A stretch of 21,131 nucleotides of DNA from Polyangiales bacterium (GTDB lineage: Bacteria; Myxococcota_A; Polyangia; Polyangiales; Houyiibacteriaceae), in the NCBI GenBank assembly GCA_045106895.1, contig JBGCFM010000159.1, forward strand, positions 1 to 21,131, read 5' to 3'. Shown here piece after piece: positions 1 through 8,949 of this stretch (its first letter is position 1; every line of letters starts with the position of its first letter). A program made the translations under genes and the position numbers. A model generated the notes under the pieces. It ran no database searches and was not told where the DNA came from. It was given only the letters and a program-made list of their open reading frames with translations.

Positions 1-291
1 CATGTTCAACATGACGATGAGGTTCATGCCACGCGCGTTAACGACGGCGGCGGTGAACGAGCCGACGTCCGACGTGTCCTGCATGCGTTCACGGTATGCG
101 ATGGCATCGCCAAGACCGACGATGTAGTAGAGCATTCCAACCAAGAACACGGCCATGAACAGGCCGATGACCATCATGGCGCCGCTCTCGTCGCTGCGCA
201 GCGATTCCCGTTCGAAATCGGATTCGCGCTCGACGTCGTCGTTGTTGGCGTGGCCCAGACGGCTCAAGAAGTTGAGGCTACTGATACGCAT
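1..291 (-). CDS. TadG-like Tad pseudopilin, N-terminal 97 aa (runs off the window)
   Basis: Not in the ORF track; translated by hand from ATG 291: MRISSLNFLSRLGHANNDDVERESDFERESLRSDESG|AMMVIGLFMAVFLVGMLYYIVGLGDAIAYRERMQDTSDVGSFTAAVVNARGMNLIVMLNM. Prepilin-like G| plus hydrophobic helix and a 'MQDxxDxxxxxAA' Tad-domain pattern; overlaps the tadE stop by 14 bp. Confidence 0.85.
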   Translation of the reverse strand, partial: MRISSLNFLSRLGHANNDDVERESDFERESLRSDESGAMMVIGLFMAVFLVGMLYYIVGLGDAIAYRERMQDTSDVGSFTAAVVNARGMNLIVMLNM

Positions 292-1120
292 AAGATGCAC
301 CGTGGTAGGTCATTGTGGTTTCAGCTCGGAGGGCGTAGTAGACGCCGCGGCTGGCTGCGAGGCCAACTCCGGCGGCGAGGGCGGCGTCCAGTTCGGCCGC
401 GCCTGGGCCTGCAAGGTCATTCCAGCCGTCGCACATCATCTGTGCGGCGCCTGGAACCATGCATGGGTAAAGGAAGGTGACGCGCGCCGTGATGCGACGT
501 GTCGTCCCGCGTTGGTGAGTCGCGGGAGAAACGCCGCCAGCGGTCTGAGCGTCTCCGCCTGGACCGACGGGGAAGGTGACGGCCATCGCTGCTGCGGTGT
601 AGGCCAGGCCAACTCCGAAGCGAAGCGCAAGGTCACCACCATCGTTCTCGCCGATAGCGTCCAGAATCGATTCTGCAGAACGTCCACCGCCGCCAATGGC
701 GATGCCACCAGTCCGAAGCAGATGCTGCGGTGGCGGCGCGAGGGCGAGAAGCGGCAATGCCGTTGCGAGGCGAACCATGTTGAGTCGCGAGTTGCCTTTC
801 GCCAGGAAGTTCCCTGGGATACGAATCCCAAGGAAGCCGGCGAGGTCCTCGATGACGTCCGGGATAAGGCTGGAAGACTCCACCTCGTCGAACTCGACCC
901 GGTTGACCGGGTTGTCGTTGTAGTTGGCAGGGTCGTCCGGGAGGACCACGACGGCGGAGCGCGCGGCGCGGTAGGACGCGTGGCCAACGACCAGCTTTGC
1001 TGTGAAGAGCATGCTGGTTTGAATCAGCACCAAGAACAACATCCAGAGAGGCATGAATACGACGAGGAACTCGACGTAAACAGCTGCTCGATCATCATCC
1101 GCCAGCTTTCGGCGTTTCAT
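278..1120 (-). CDS. tadE: TadE-family pseudopilin (280 aa)
   Basis: N-terminus DDRA|AVYVEFLVVFMPLWMLFLVLIQ...HASYRAARSAVV is the TadE pattern; GGAGA ribosome-binding site upstream of ATG 1120; Tad operon context. Confidence 0.88.
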   Translation of the reverse strand: MKRRKLADDDRAAVYVEFLVVFMPLWMLFLVLIQTSMLFTAKLVVGHASYRAARSAVVVLPDDPANYNDNPVNRVEFDEVESSSLIPDVIEDLAGFLGIRIPGNFLAKGNSRLNMVRLATALPLLALAPPPQHLLRTGGIAIGGGGRSAESILDAIGENDGGDLALRFGVGLAYTAAAMAVTFPVGPGGDAQTAGGVSPATHQRGTTRRITARVTFLYPCMVPGAAQMMCDGWNDLAGPGAAELDAALAAGVGLAASRGVYYALRAETTMTYHGASYAYQ

Positions 1121-1171
1121 CGTTATCTCCGGGGTTCTTTGGTTCGGTGAAAAATCTTGTTCTGGAGCGAC

Positions 1172-1723
1172 CTACGATTGGTAGAGGTAGGGGTGTCGAG
1201 CCAGAAGAGTAAGCACTGCAGCCACCAGGAAAGAGCCACCCATTCGGACTGTACTAAGCAGCGAAGGGTTGATCTTCCGCCGCCACTTTTTCGGAAGGAG
1301 CGGGTTCAAGGCTAAGTAAAAAGAGTTCGCGAAAGTGCGTAGAAGCTGTCCTTCCCAAGCGAGGCGCCCTAGAGCATAGAGGCCGCCGACGATGAAGGAG
1401 ATGAACTCGATCTCGAGTCCAACGAGCACACCGGCTACCGCACCTATGGCGGCGGTCATCTTTACGTCCCCTCCGCCGATTGCTCCTTGTCGCCACAAGA
1501 AGAAGGGAACGAGTCCGCAAAGTAGCATTCCTACGATGGAACTCAGAACGCCCACCGTCCCGTCCGTGATGCCGTAGACGATGGGAGCAATGACCAAGGG
1601 TGGCAGCGTCAGGTAGTTTGGAATCCTACCTGCGCGCCAGTCCATGACGGCCGCAATACCCGCGATCAGTATCGCAGCCGCTAGCCCAAACAGCTCAGTA
1701 TTTGAGTCAAAAGTTAGGAGCAC
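1172..1723 (-). CDS. cpaA: A24-family prepilin peptidase (CpaA/TadV)
   Basis: Catalytic Asp motifs 'MDWRAGRIPNYL' and 'IGGGDVK', multiple TM helices, directly downstream of flp. Confidence 0.93.
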   Translation of the reverse strand: MLLTFDSNTELFGLAAAILIAGIAAVMDWRAGRIPNYLTLPPLVIAPIVYGITDGTVGVLSSIVGMLLCGLVPFFLWRQGAIGGGDVKMTAAIGAVAGVLVGLEIEFISFIVGGLYALGRLAWEGQLLRTFANSFYLALNPLLPKKWRRKINPSLLSTVRMGGSFLVAAVLTLLARHPYLYQS

Positions 1724-1729
1724 ATGAAA

Positions 1730-1936
1730 TCAGCGGGGAAGGCCACCGATCGTGCCTGCGCTGCCGGTTGCCTGGGTCTGAATCGAGGAACCGAAGGTCG
1801 TCCATGCGGCGATTGCGGCGATAGCAATCAGAGCGAGAATGATGATGTACTCGACGGTCGTGAGACCCTGGTCGTCCTTACGGAGGGAGTCGATGGTCAT
1901 CTGGATACGAATCGCGGCTGCTTCAATCTTCTTCAT
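1730..1936 (-). CDS. flp: Flp-family pilin (68 aa), probable major pilin
   Basis: MKKIEAAAIRIQMTIDSLRKDDQG|LTTVEYIIILALIAIAAIAAW; G|xxxxEY Flp motif. Start reassigned to ATG 1936, preceded by AGAGGA and an A-rich tract. Confidence 0.93.
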   Translation of the reverse strand: MKKIEAAAIRIQMTIDSLRKDDQGLTTVEYIIILALIAIAAIAAWTTFGSSIQTQATGSAGTIGGLPR

Positions 1937-2006
1937 GGGGGTGTCCTCTTGTTTTTGTTTGGTATCGGAGGCGGTTTGAAGACCCCCGAGAACGTTTCGG
2001 TCTTGT

Positions 2007-2207
2007 TTACGGGATGGGAACAATAGCGAGCGCGGCGCCCCACTCATAGAGGCGAACCATAGGGACGCCGAGAGTGTAGATGGAAGCTGCTCCAAGGATA
2101 GTCACAACCGAGGCCAGGATGATGTACTCGGAGAACGCAACACCAGTCTCATCGGAGATGAGTTCATCCAGTGAGCGATCATCATGACTATTGGGGTCGT
2201 GTTGCAT
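2007..2207 (-). CDS. Second, divergent Flp-like pilin (about 66 aa)
   Basis: SDETG|VAFSEYIILASVVTILGAASIY Flp motif. Start placed at ATG 2207 because the predicted promoter puts +1 near 2214; ATG 2219 is the alternative. Confidence 0.82.
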   Translation of the reverse strand: MQHDPNSHDDRSLDELISDETGVAFSEYIILASVVTILGAASIYTLGVPMVRLYEWGAALAIVPIP

Positions 2208-2224
2208 GGTTCGGCTCATACTAT

Positions 2225-2241
2225 AGCAAGCTAGGTGCCAA
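2225..2241 (-). promoter_or_regulatory. sigma54 (-24/-12) promoter of the flp/tad operon
   Basis: Minus strand reads TTGGCAC-CTAGC-TTGCT, matching TGGCAC-N5-TTGC(A/T); correct orientation, directly before the first pilin. Confidence 0.85.
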
Positions 2242-2249
2242 CGGAAGTT

Positions 2250-2270
2250 TGTGATGAGTCTCACGTGAGA
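2250..2270. promoter_or_regulatory. CRP/FNR-family-like site overlapping a 12-bp palindrome
   Basis: TGTGA-TGAGTC-TCACG (2250-2265) is 9/10 to TGTGA-N6-TCACA; TCTCACGTGAGA (2259-2270) is a perfect palindrome. Confidence 0.5.
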
Positions 2271-2305
2271 TCATTGGTAAATTTAGGAATTATGTAGTCT
2301 CTTGC

Positions 2306-2330
2306 GCACATGATCTGTGCAGTTCTGCAC
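2306..2330. promoter_or_regulatory. Putative enhancer (UAS) for a sigma54 activator
   Basis: GCAC-ATGATCT-GTGC (2306-2320) fits the NtrC-type GCAC-N7-GTGC core and overlaps a second dyad GTGCAG-TT-CTGCAC (2317-2330); about 100 bp upstream of the predicted +1 with an AT-rich spacer between. Confidence 0.5.
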
Positions 2331-2356
2331 GATCGTGGGGTCTAATGTCGCCGCGA

Positions 2357-3442
2357 TCATTGGAGCCCAGTGACCATGGTGGGTACAAAAGTATCCAGGC
2401 CCGTGGCAGGTCCTAGTTGGCCTTGGGTCGCCGAACCCCAGCAAAGCACTTGAGTTCCGGTAAACGCGCAGGAATGCTCATTTCCTAGGCCTATTGACGC
2501 GATCGGCATGACGCCGACGGTGAGGGGGCCCATGGGGCTCTGCGCAGGGCTCTGGAGCTGACCGCTCGCATTGTCGCCCCAGCACTGGGCAATGCCATCA
2601 CCGGAGAGGCTGCAAGTGTGATTGGCGCCCGCTTGCAGAACACCTGCGGCTTCCCCAACGGGAACGCTGTAGACGCCAAGTGGGGTGTTGCGGTTGGTCT
2701 GTCCTAGCTGACCGAGATCATCCGCGCCCCAGCACCGGACCTGGCCGCCTGCCTGTGCGCATGAGTGGTGCTCACCCAGAGAAAGGCTCGCAATCGCGTT
2801 CAAATCCGCCAGCTGCGTCATGAAAGCTTCGTCTAGTGGGACCGGTACGGGTATGGCGGAGTCTCGCGCGTTGAGGTCCCCGAGCTGTCCTTCGGTTCCT
2901 GCACCCCAGCACCAAACGCCCATGGTGGTCGTGAGCGCACATGCATGGTCACGACCAAGGGCGAAGTCGCGGACGGTGTCTGGAAGGACGATGGTGGTGG
3001 CGAGAAACGCACTGGTGGTGACGGATGGACCCAGCTGGCCTCGATCGGCGGCGCCCCAACATGCGAGCTGACCCATCGTGCTGCCGCAGCTGAACGAGCC
3101 TCCAAAGCGGGCGAGTTTGAGGGACTCCCCGACGAAAGGAACCGGGACGGGGATCGTGGTGTTGTCGGGAGAGGACACGCCAAACTGGCCGTCGGCGTTG
3201 GAACCCCAGCAAGACCAGCCGCTGGTGAGCAGCGCACAGGAGGTCTCGCTGCCGATGCGGAGCTCCATGATCTCGGAGCCGAATATCTGGCGGGTTGGAA
3301 CAGACTCACCATCGCCCCAGCACAGGGTCTGGCTTCCGCTGATGGCGCAGGAGACGTCATCACCGACCACGAGGGCAGTGATGGCGGTCGGAGTTCCGCA
3401 CGAGAGTGTGAGGAGCACGAAGCCCAGAAGAGTTGAACGCAT
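2357..3442 (-). CDS. RCC1/BLIP-II repeat beta-propeller lipoprotein
   Basis: Repeated 'GxxHxC...CWGxxxxGQLG' units; lipobox LTLSC. Start is ATG 3442 or ATG 3445. Confidence 0.9.
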   Translation of the reverse strand: MRSTLLGFVLLTLSCGTPTAITALVVGDDVSCAISGSQTLCWGDGESVPTRQIFGSEIMELRIGSETSCALLTSGWSCWGSNADGQFGVSSPDNTTIPVPVPFVGESLKLARFGGSFSCGSTMGQLACWGAADRGQLGPSVTTSAFLATTIVLPDTVRDFALGRDHACALTTTMGVWCWGAGTEGQLGDLNARDSAIPVPVPLDEAFMTQLADLNAIASLSLGEHHSCAQAGGQVRCWGADDLGQLGQTNRNTPLGVYSVPVGEAAGVLQAGANHTCSLSGDGIAQCWGDNASGQLQSPAQSPMGPLTVGVMPIASIGLGNEHSCAFTGTQVLCWGSATQGQLGPATGLDTFVPTMVTGLQ

Positions 3443-3494
3443 CATCTGCAGGGTAGGCTAATGCGCCCACGGGCGATAGTGGTACCCTTGGCGC

Positions 3495-4370
3495 ATGCGC
3501 CCTGTACTTTTGTGCCTCTTGCTCACTGCGTGTGGGTGTCCCGAAGATCCATCGACCGCTGGTGACGCATCGCTCGATGTTCCGCCCATCGACGTTCCTT
3601 TTCCAGACCGAGGCGTGGTGGCATCAAGTTGCGAGGCGCGTGCACGATGGGTTTACTTGGTCGACTCCAATCGTCAGCTCATCCGCTTCGAACCCGACTC
3701 GGAAACCTTCACGGCTGTGGGGACCCTCAACTGCGATCCCAGCAGCTCGCCGTTCAGCATGGCGGTGGATCGGAACGCCGGCGCTTGGGTGCTCTATCAG
3801 AATGGGCGCCTCTACCGAGCGAGCACTGTGGACGCGAGCTGCACCCCAACCACCTTCACGCCCGGACAACAGGGCCTCGACCTTTTCGGAATGGGTTTTG
3901 TGGGCATCGGGACCGATCGTGAGAACGAGCAGCTCTTCATCGCGGGAGGACCCGAGGGCACCATCGCGAACGGCGCTTCGCGTCTCGCGACCATCGACAC
4001 CACGAGCCTCGCCGTCACCCCTTTGGGTAATGAGCTTCCGGGATGGCCAGAGTTGACAGGCACCGCCGAAGGAGACCTCTGGGGATTCTTCCCGGACACA
4101 TCGCCACCGAGCGTGAGCCGTCTCGACAAGACATCGGGTGCACCGGTGCAGACCATCAACCTCAACACGAGCGGCGGTTCCCCCCGCGCATGGGCGTTCG
4201 CGTTCTGGGGTGGTCGTTACTACGTGTTCCTCCAGACCAGCGCCGACCCTTCAACGAACGTGTATCGCGTAGACCCAGTATCGGGTGAGTCGGAGCTTCT
4301 CATTCAGAACAGTGGACAGCGAATCGTCGGCGCCGGCGTCAGCATCTGCGCGCCTTTGGAACTAATCTGA
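3495..4370 (+). CDS. Hypothetical lipoprotein, probable beta-propeller (291 aa)
   Basis: Lipobox LLTAC, Pro-rich linker, beta-rich repeats (FSMAVDRNAGAWVLY, AWAFAFWGGRYYVF), C-terminal IVGAGVSICAP; GC-rich third codon positions. Confidence 0.8.
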   Translation: MRPVLLCLLLTACGCPEDPSTAGDASLDVPPIDVPFPDRGVVASSCEARARWVYLVDSNRQLIRFEPDSETFTAVGTLNCDPSSSPFSMAVDRNAGAWVLYQNGRLYRASTVDASCTPTTFTPGQQGLDLFGMGFVGIGTDRENEQLFIAGGPEGTIANGASRLATIDTTSLAVTPLGNELPGWPELTGTAEGDLWGFFPDTSPPSVSRLDKTSGAPVQTINLNTSGGSPRAWAFAFWGGRYYVFLQTSADPSTNVYRVDPVSGESELLIQNSGQRIVGAGVSICAPLELI

Positions 4371-4399
4371 CACTTGCGAGTGTGAATACGATTGGCTAA

Positions 4400-5212
4400 G
4401 TGAGGGCCATGCGAAGACTCTCGATTCTGCTCCTTCTCAGCCTCTTTTCATGTGGTGAAACGACCGACGCGCCTGTGTCGATCTCCTTCGCTGCGTTGGT
4501 GAATGGTGCCGACTTTGAGTGTGGCCAGAGCTACCCAGGTGTTGGCGATGGCGGCGAGTGGACCGCACGTGACGCGCGCTTCTATGTCCACGACGTCGAG
4601 CTTGTCGACGCGGCTGGAAACGTTACGCCGATGACCCTTGATGCAGATGGCATGTGGCAAGACGGCGAGGTCGCGCTCCTCGACTTTGAGGATGGCTGCG
4701 GTGACATGGGCAACGCAGATCTGAACACGACGATTCGTGGCACAGCTCCAGAAGGTGACTACACAGGCGTTCGGTTCCGGATTGGTGTTCCAGAGAACCT
4801 CAACCACTCCAACGCGGCGACGGCCGGAGCTCCACTCAACCTCACGGCGATGTTCTGGAACTGGAACGGCGGATACAAGTTCATGCGGGTCGAAGGCCCA
4901 TCCGGCGTATTCGACGCTTGGCGCCTTCACCTCGGCAGCACCATGTGTGATGGCGACATGGCCGGTAACGCGACTTGCATGACTCCGAACCGTCCCCTCG
5001 TTGACCTCGACGGCGCGGACCCACGAACAGCAACCGTTGGCTTCGACATCGGCGCTCTGTTTGCGGAGTCCCCGTTGACCAACACGGAAGACACGCCGCC
5101 CGGCTGCATGTCGGCTCCGACGGACATGGACTGCGCACCTATCTTCGAGAACTTGGGTCTCGGTTTCGCGGGCCAGGGCCCAGCGGAGCAGAATGTGTTC
5201 AGCTTCCGATGA
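4400..5212 (+). CDS. mbnP: MbnP-family copper-binding protein (four-Cys partner of the 'metallo-mystery pair'), lipoprotein
   Basis: DARFYVHDV, LLDFEDG, MFWNWNGGYKF (WxW motif), LHLGSTMC, C..PNRP, GCMS...DC; ATGA overlap with the following di-heme enzyme. Confidence 0.9.
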   Translation: MRAMRRLSILLLLSLFSCGETTDAPVSISFAALVNGADFECGQSYPGVGDGGEWTARDARFYVHDVELVDAAGNVTPMTLDADGMWQDGEVALLDFEDGCGDMGNADLNTTIRGTAPEGDYTGVRFRIGVPENLNHSNAATAGAPLNLTAMFWNWNGGYKFMRVEGPSGVFDAWRLHLGSTMCDGDMAGNATCMTPNRPLVDLDGADPRTATVGFDIGALFAESPLTNTEDTPPGCMSAPTDMDCAPIFENLGLGFAGQGPAEQNVFSFR

Positions 5213-6321
5213 AACGCATCGTAGCGCTCTTGGGTGTCACGCTCGCTTTGTCGGCGTGTGGTGAAGAAGCAGAGCGCTACGACTTCGATCTACCCGCTAA
5301 TTTTCCGGAGCCGCGGGTGCCGGACGACAACCCGATGAGCGACGCGAAGGTGGAGCTCGGTCGACACCTCTTCTACGACGTTCGGCTCTCGGGCAACGAG
5401 ACCCAGTCCTGCGGCTCATGTCATGAGCAGCGTTTGGCCTTCACGGAAGGCCTGGGACAGGCGGAAGGATCGACGGGCGAGATTCACCCGCGCGGCTCGA
5501 TGTCGCTGGTCAATGTGGCGTATGCCGCGTCGCTCACTTGGGCAAACCCGGTTGTTCGCCACCTCGAGGAACAAGCGCTTGTCCCTATGTTCGGCGAAGA
5601 ACCTGTGGAACTGGGGCTTGTGTCTCAGGAGCAGCTTCTTGAACGCCTGCGGGATGAACCCCTCTACGGGCCCATGTTCCAGGATGCTTGGCCCGACGAC
5701 GCTGCGCCGATCACCCTTGAGCATGTCACCGACGCCATTGCGAGCTTTCAGCGAACGCTGATCAGCGGCAACTCTTCGTACGACCGTTATGCGATGGGGA
5801 ACGAGAGCGCGATCTCCGACTCCGCCAAACGTGGCGCAGAGCTCTTCTTCAGCGAGGACGCGGAGTGCTTTCATTGCCATGGCGGCTTCACGTTTTCGAA
5901 CGCCGTCGACCACGCGAATAACGTCTTCGACCAAGCAACATTCCAGAACAACGGGCTCTACAACCTCGATGGCCGTGGCGCCTACCCCGCAGAGAACCAA
6001 GGACTCTTTGAGTTCACCTCGATGCCGGAAGATATCGGCGCGTTCAAACCACCCACGCTTCGCAATATCGCTCTGACCGCGCCTTATATGCACGATGGCT
6101 CTTTGGCGACGCTCGACGATGTTATCGCGATGTACGCCGCGGGCGGCCACGTAATAGAGTCAGGGCCACGCGCTGGAGATGGCCGAACGAACCCAAACAA
6201 GAGCATCTTCGTGAACGGGTTCGACCTCACGCCCGAGCGGGCTGCTGATTTACGGGCGTTTCTCGAAAGCCTGACGGACGAAGAGTTTATCTCAGACCCG
6301 CGCTTTGCTGATCCTTGGTGA
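5209..6321 (+). CDS. mbnH: MbnH-family di-heme enzyme (bCcP/MauG superfamily), lipoprotein
   Basis: Two CxxCH motifs (CGSCH, CFHCH), KVELGRHLFYD, FKPPTLRNIALTAPYMHDGS, C-terminal FLESLTDEEF..DPRFADPW; paired with mbnP. Confidence 0.92.
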   Translation: MKRIVALLGVTLALSACGEEAERYDFDLPANFPEPRVPDDNPMSDAKVELGRHLFYDVRLSGNETQSCGSCHEQRLAFTEGLGQAEGSTGEIHPRGSMSLVNVAYAASLTWANPVVRHLEEQALVPMFGEEPVELGLVSQEQLLERLRDEPLYGPMFQDAWPDDAAPITLEHVTDAIASFQRTLISGNSSYDRYAMGNESAISDSAKRGAELFFSEDAECFHCHGGFTFSNAVDHANNVFDQATFQNNGLYNLDGRGAYPAENQGLFEFTSMPEDIGAFKPPTLRNIALTAPYMHDGSLATLDDVIAMYAAGGHVIESGPRAGDGRTNPNKSIFVNGFDLTPERAADLRAFLESLTDEEFISDPRFADPW

Positions 6322-6433
6322 AGGGGTCCTTGATGCGCGGAGGAGGCGAGCCAAGGAGGTGAGCTGCGTACAGCGGGGCAACTTCCGAAAAGTTTCTTCA
6401 GGGAAGAAGCCCTACGACTGCTACCGTACGGGG

Positions 6434-6748
6434 GTGGCGATGAGCGAGCGACTTCGGAAACGCATCGATGCGCTCCGTGTAGAGTACGTGAAGACCTTCG
6501 AAGAAGAAGCTGCCGGGTTCAAAGCGGAGATGGCCGCCAGCGACCATCAGGCCGTTGCGCGGCGTGCACACAGGATTGGCGGCACGGCGGGCAGCTATCA
6601 ACTGGATGCGGTGTGCAGCGCGGCCCAAAACGTCGAGCGCACGTGCGAAAGCCAGGACGGTGACATCCTGGCTCTGGGACCACAGGTCGATGAACTCTGC
6701 GAGGCGCTTAGTGCGGCTCAGCTCTTGTTCTTGCAAGCCGCGACGTAG
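6434..6748 (+). CDS. Stand-alone Hpt (histidine phosphotransfer) domain protein
   Basis: 'ARRAHRIGGTAGSYQLDAVCSAAQNVE' fits the Hpt motif aHxLxGxAgxxG; start GTG 6434 or ATG 6440 rather than 6305. Confidence 0.82.
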   Translation: MAMSERLRKRIDALRVEYVKTFEEEAAGFKAEMAASDHQAVARRAHRIGGTAGSYQLDAVCSAAQNVERTCESQDGDILALGPQVDELCEALSAAQLLFLQAAT

Positions 6749-7068
6749 CGCAGTCGAAGATCGTAGAGCAGCTGTCCGAGGAGGCGTTCTTCCTCGCCGC
6801 TGAGGTTGCCCTGAGTCTTCTCCTCGAGAAGAGCGAGCATGTCGATGCTGTGCTTGGCCATCGGCAAGTTCGCCGGTGGCGGCGGCTCGCCGCCGAAGAG
6901 CTCCGCCGGAGCGTCGCCAATCTGAACCAAGACCGTCGTGCTCATCGAGAGGATGAGGGTGTTGAAGGTGACCTGAAGCGAGTCCGAGCCTTCACTGCAT
7001 TCGGCGTCGTCCGCCGCTTGCTCGGCTTTCTTAGCTTCGCTCGCGTCGATGGACTCGTTCGCGTTCAT
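6718..7068 (-). CDS. DUF1844 domain protein
   Basis: VTFNTLILSMST..LVQIGD...NLPMAKHSIDMLALLEEKTQGNLSGEEERLLGQLLYDLRLRYV is the recognisable DUF1844 pattern; GAGGGAG upstream of the ATG. Confidence 0.88.
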   Translation of the reverse strand: MNANESIDASEAKKAEQAADDAECSEGSDSLQVTFNTLILSMSTTVLVQIGDAPAELFGGEPPPPANLPMAKHSIDMLALLEEKTQGNLSGEEERLLGQLLYDLRLRYVAACKNKS

Positions 7069-7325
7069 GCTCCCTCGGTCGCTGCTGGTGCAGGTGCGTC
7101 GGCAGGCGCATCGGGGGCTTCAGCGCCTTCGGCAGCTTCGCCTTCGGCGGCCAGCTCTTCTTCAGGCACCTCGGGGTCGTAGTAAGGAACCGATTCAATG
7201 TTGTCGGCGACGTCCTTTGTGTCGGCGACGTGCTTGTCGGCAGCCTTGCGGGTGATGAGGCCCTTGCGAATGTTGCGCTCGACGAGACGCTTGTCGACAA
7301 TTTGATCGGTGAGCTTTGATGCCAT
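7065..7325 (-). CDS. Small conserved hypothetical protein (86 aa) with acidic Ala/Pro tail
   Basis: MASKLTDQIVDKRLVERNIRKGLITRK...; ATGA overlap with DUF1844. The ORF-track extension to 7613 overlaps the AAA gene and is not credible. Confidence 0.78.
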   Translation of the reverse strand: MASKLTDQIVDKRLVERNIRKGLITRKAADKHVADTKDVADNIESVPYYDPEVPEEELAAEGEAAEGAEAPDAPADAPAPAATEGA

Positions 7326-7418
7326 GGGCGGAGATTTAGGTTGCGGAGACGAGAGTGTCAACCGCGCTTCTTCGGTGTTTCTTTGGTCGGGTTCCGCAGC
7401 GTCTGGCAAGATACGCGG

Positions 7419-8942
<1,524 letters not shown>

Positions 8943-8949
8943 GCGTCCC

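Noticed and set aside
155..1150. 331-aa plus-strand ORF
   Set aside because: Antisense shadow of tadE/tadG; no recognisable motifs; expected in high-GC coding DNA.
1937..2095. N-terminal extension of the Flp ORF to 2095
   Set aside because: Overlaps the upstream pilin in another frame; the SD and normal pilin length point to ATG 1936.
6370..6440. Superficial resemblance to a c-di-GMP-I (GEMM) riboswitch (GGGCAA...GAAA...AAGCC)
   Set aside because: The GNRA-capped P2 pairing and GACGCAAAGC junction are missing, and the likely -10 of the Hpt gene lies downstream of it; an Infernal scan would settle it.
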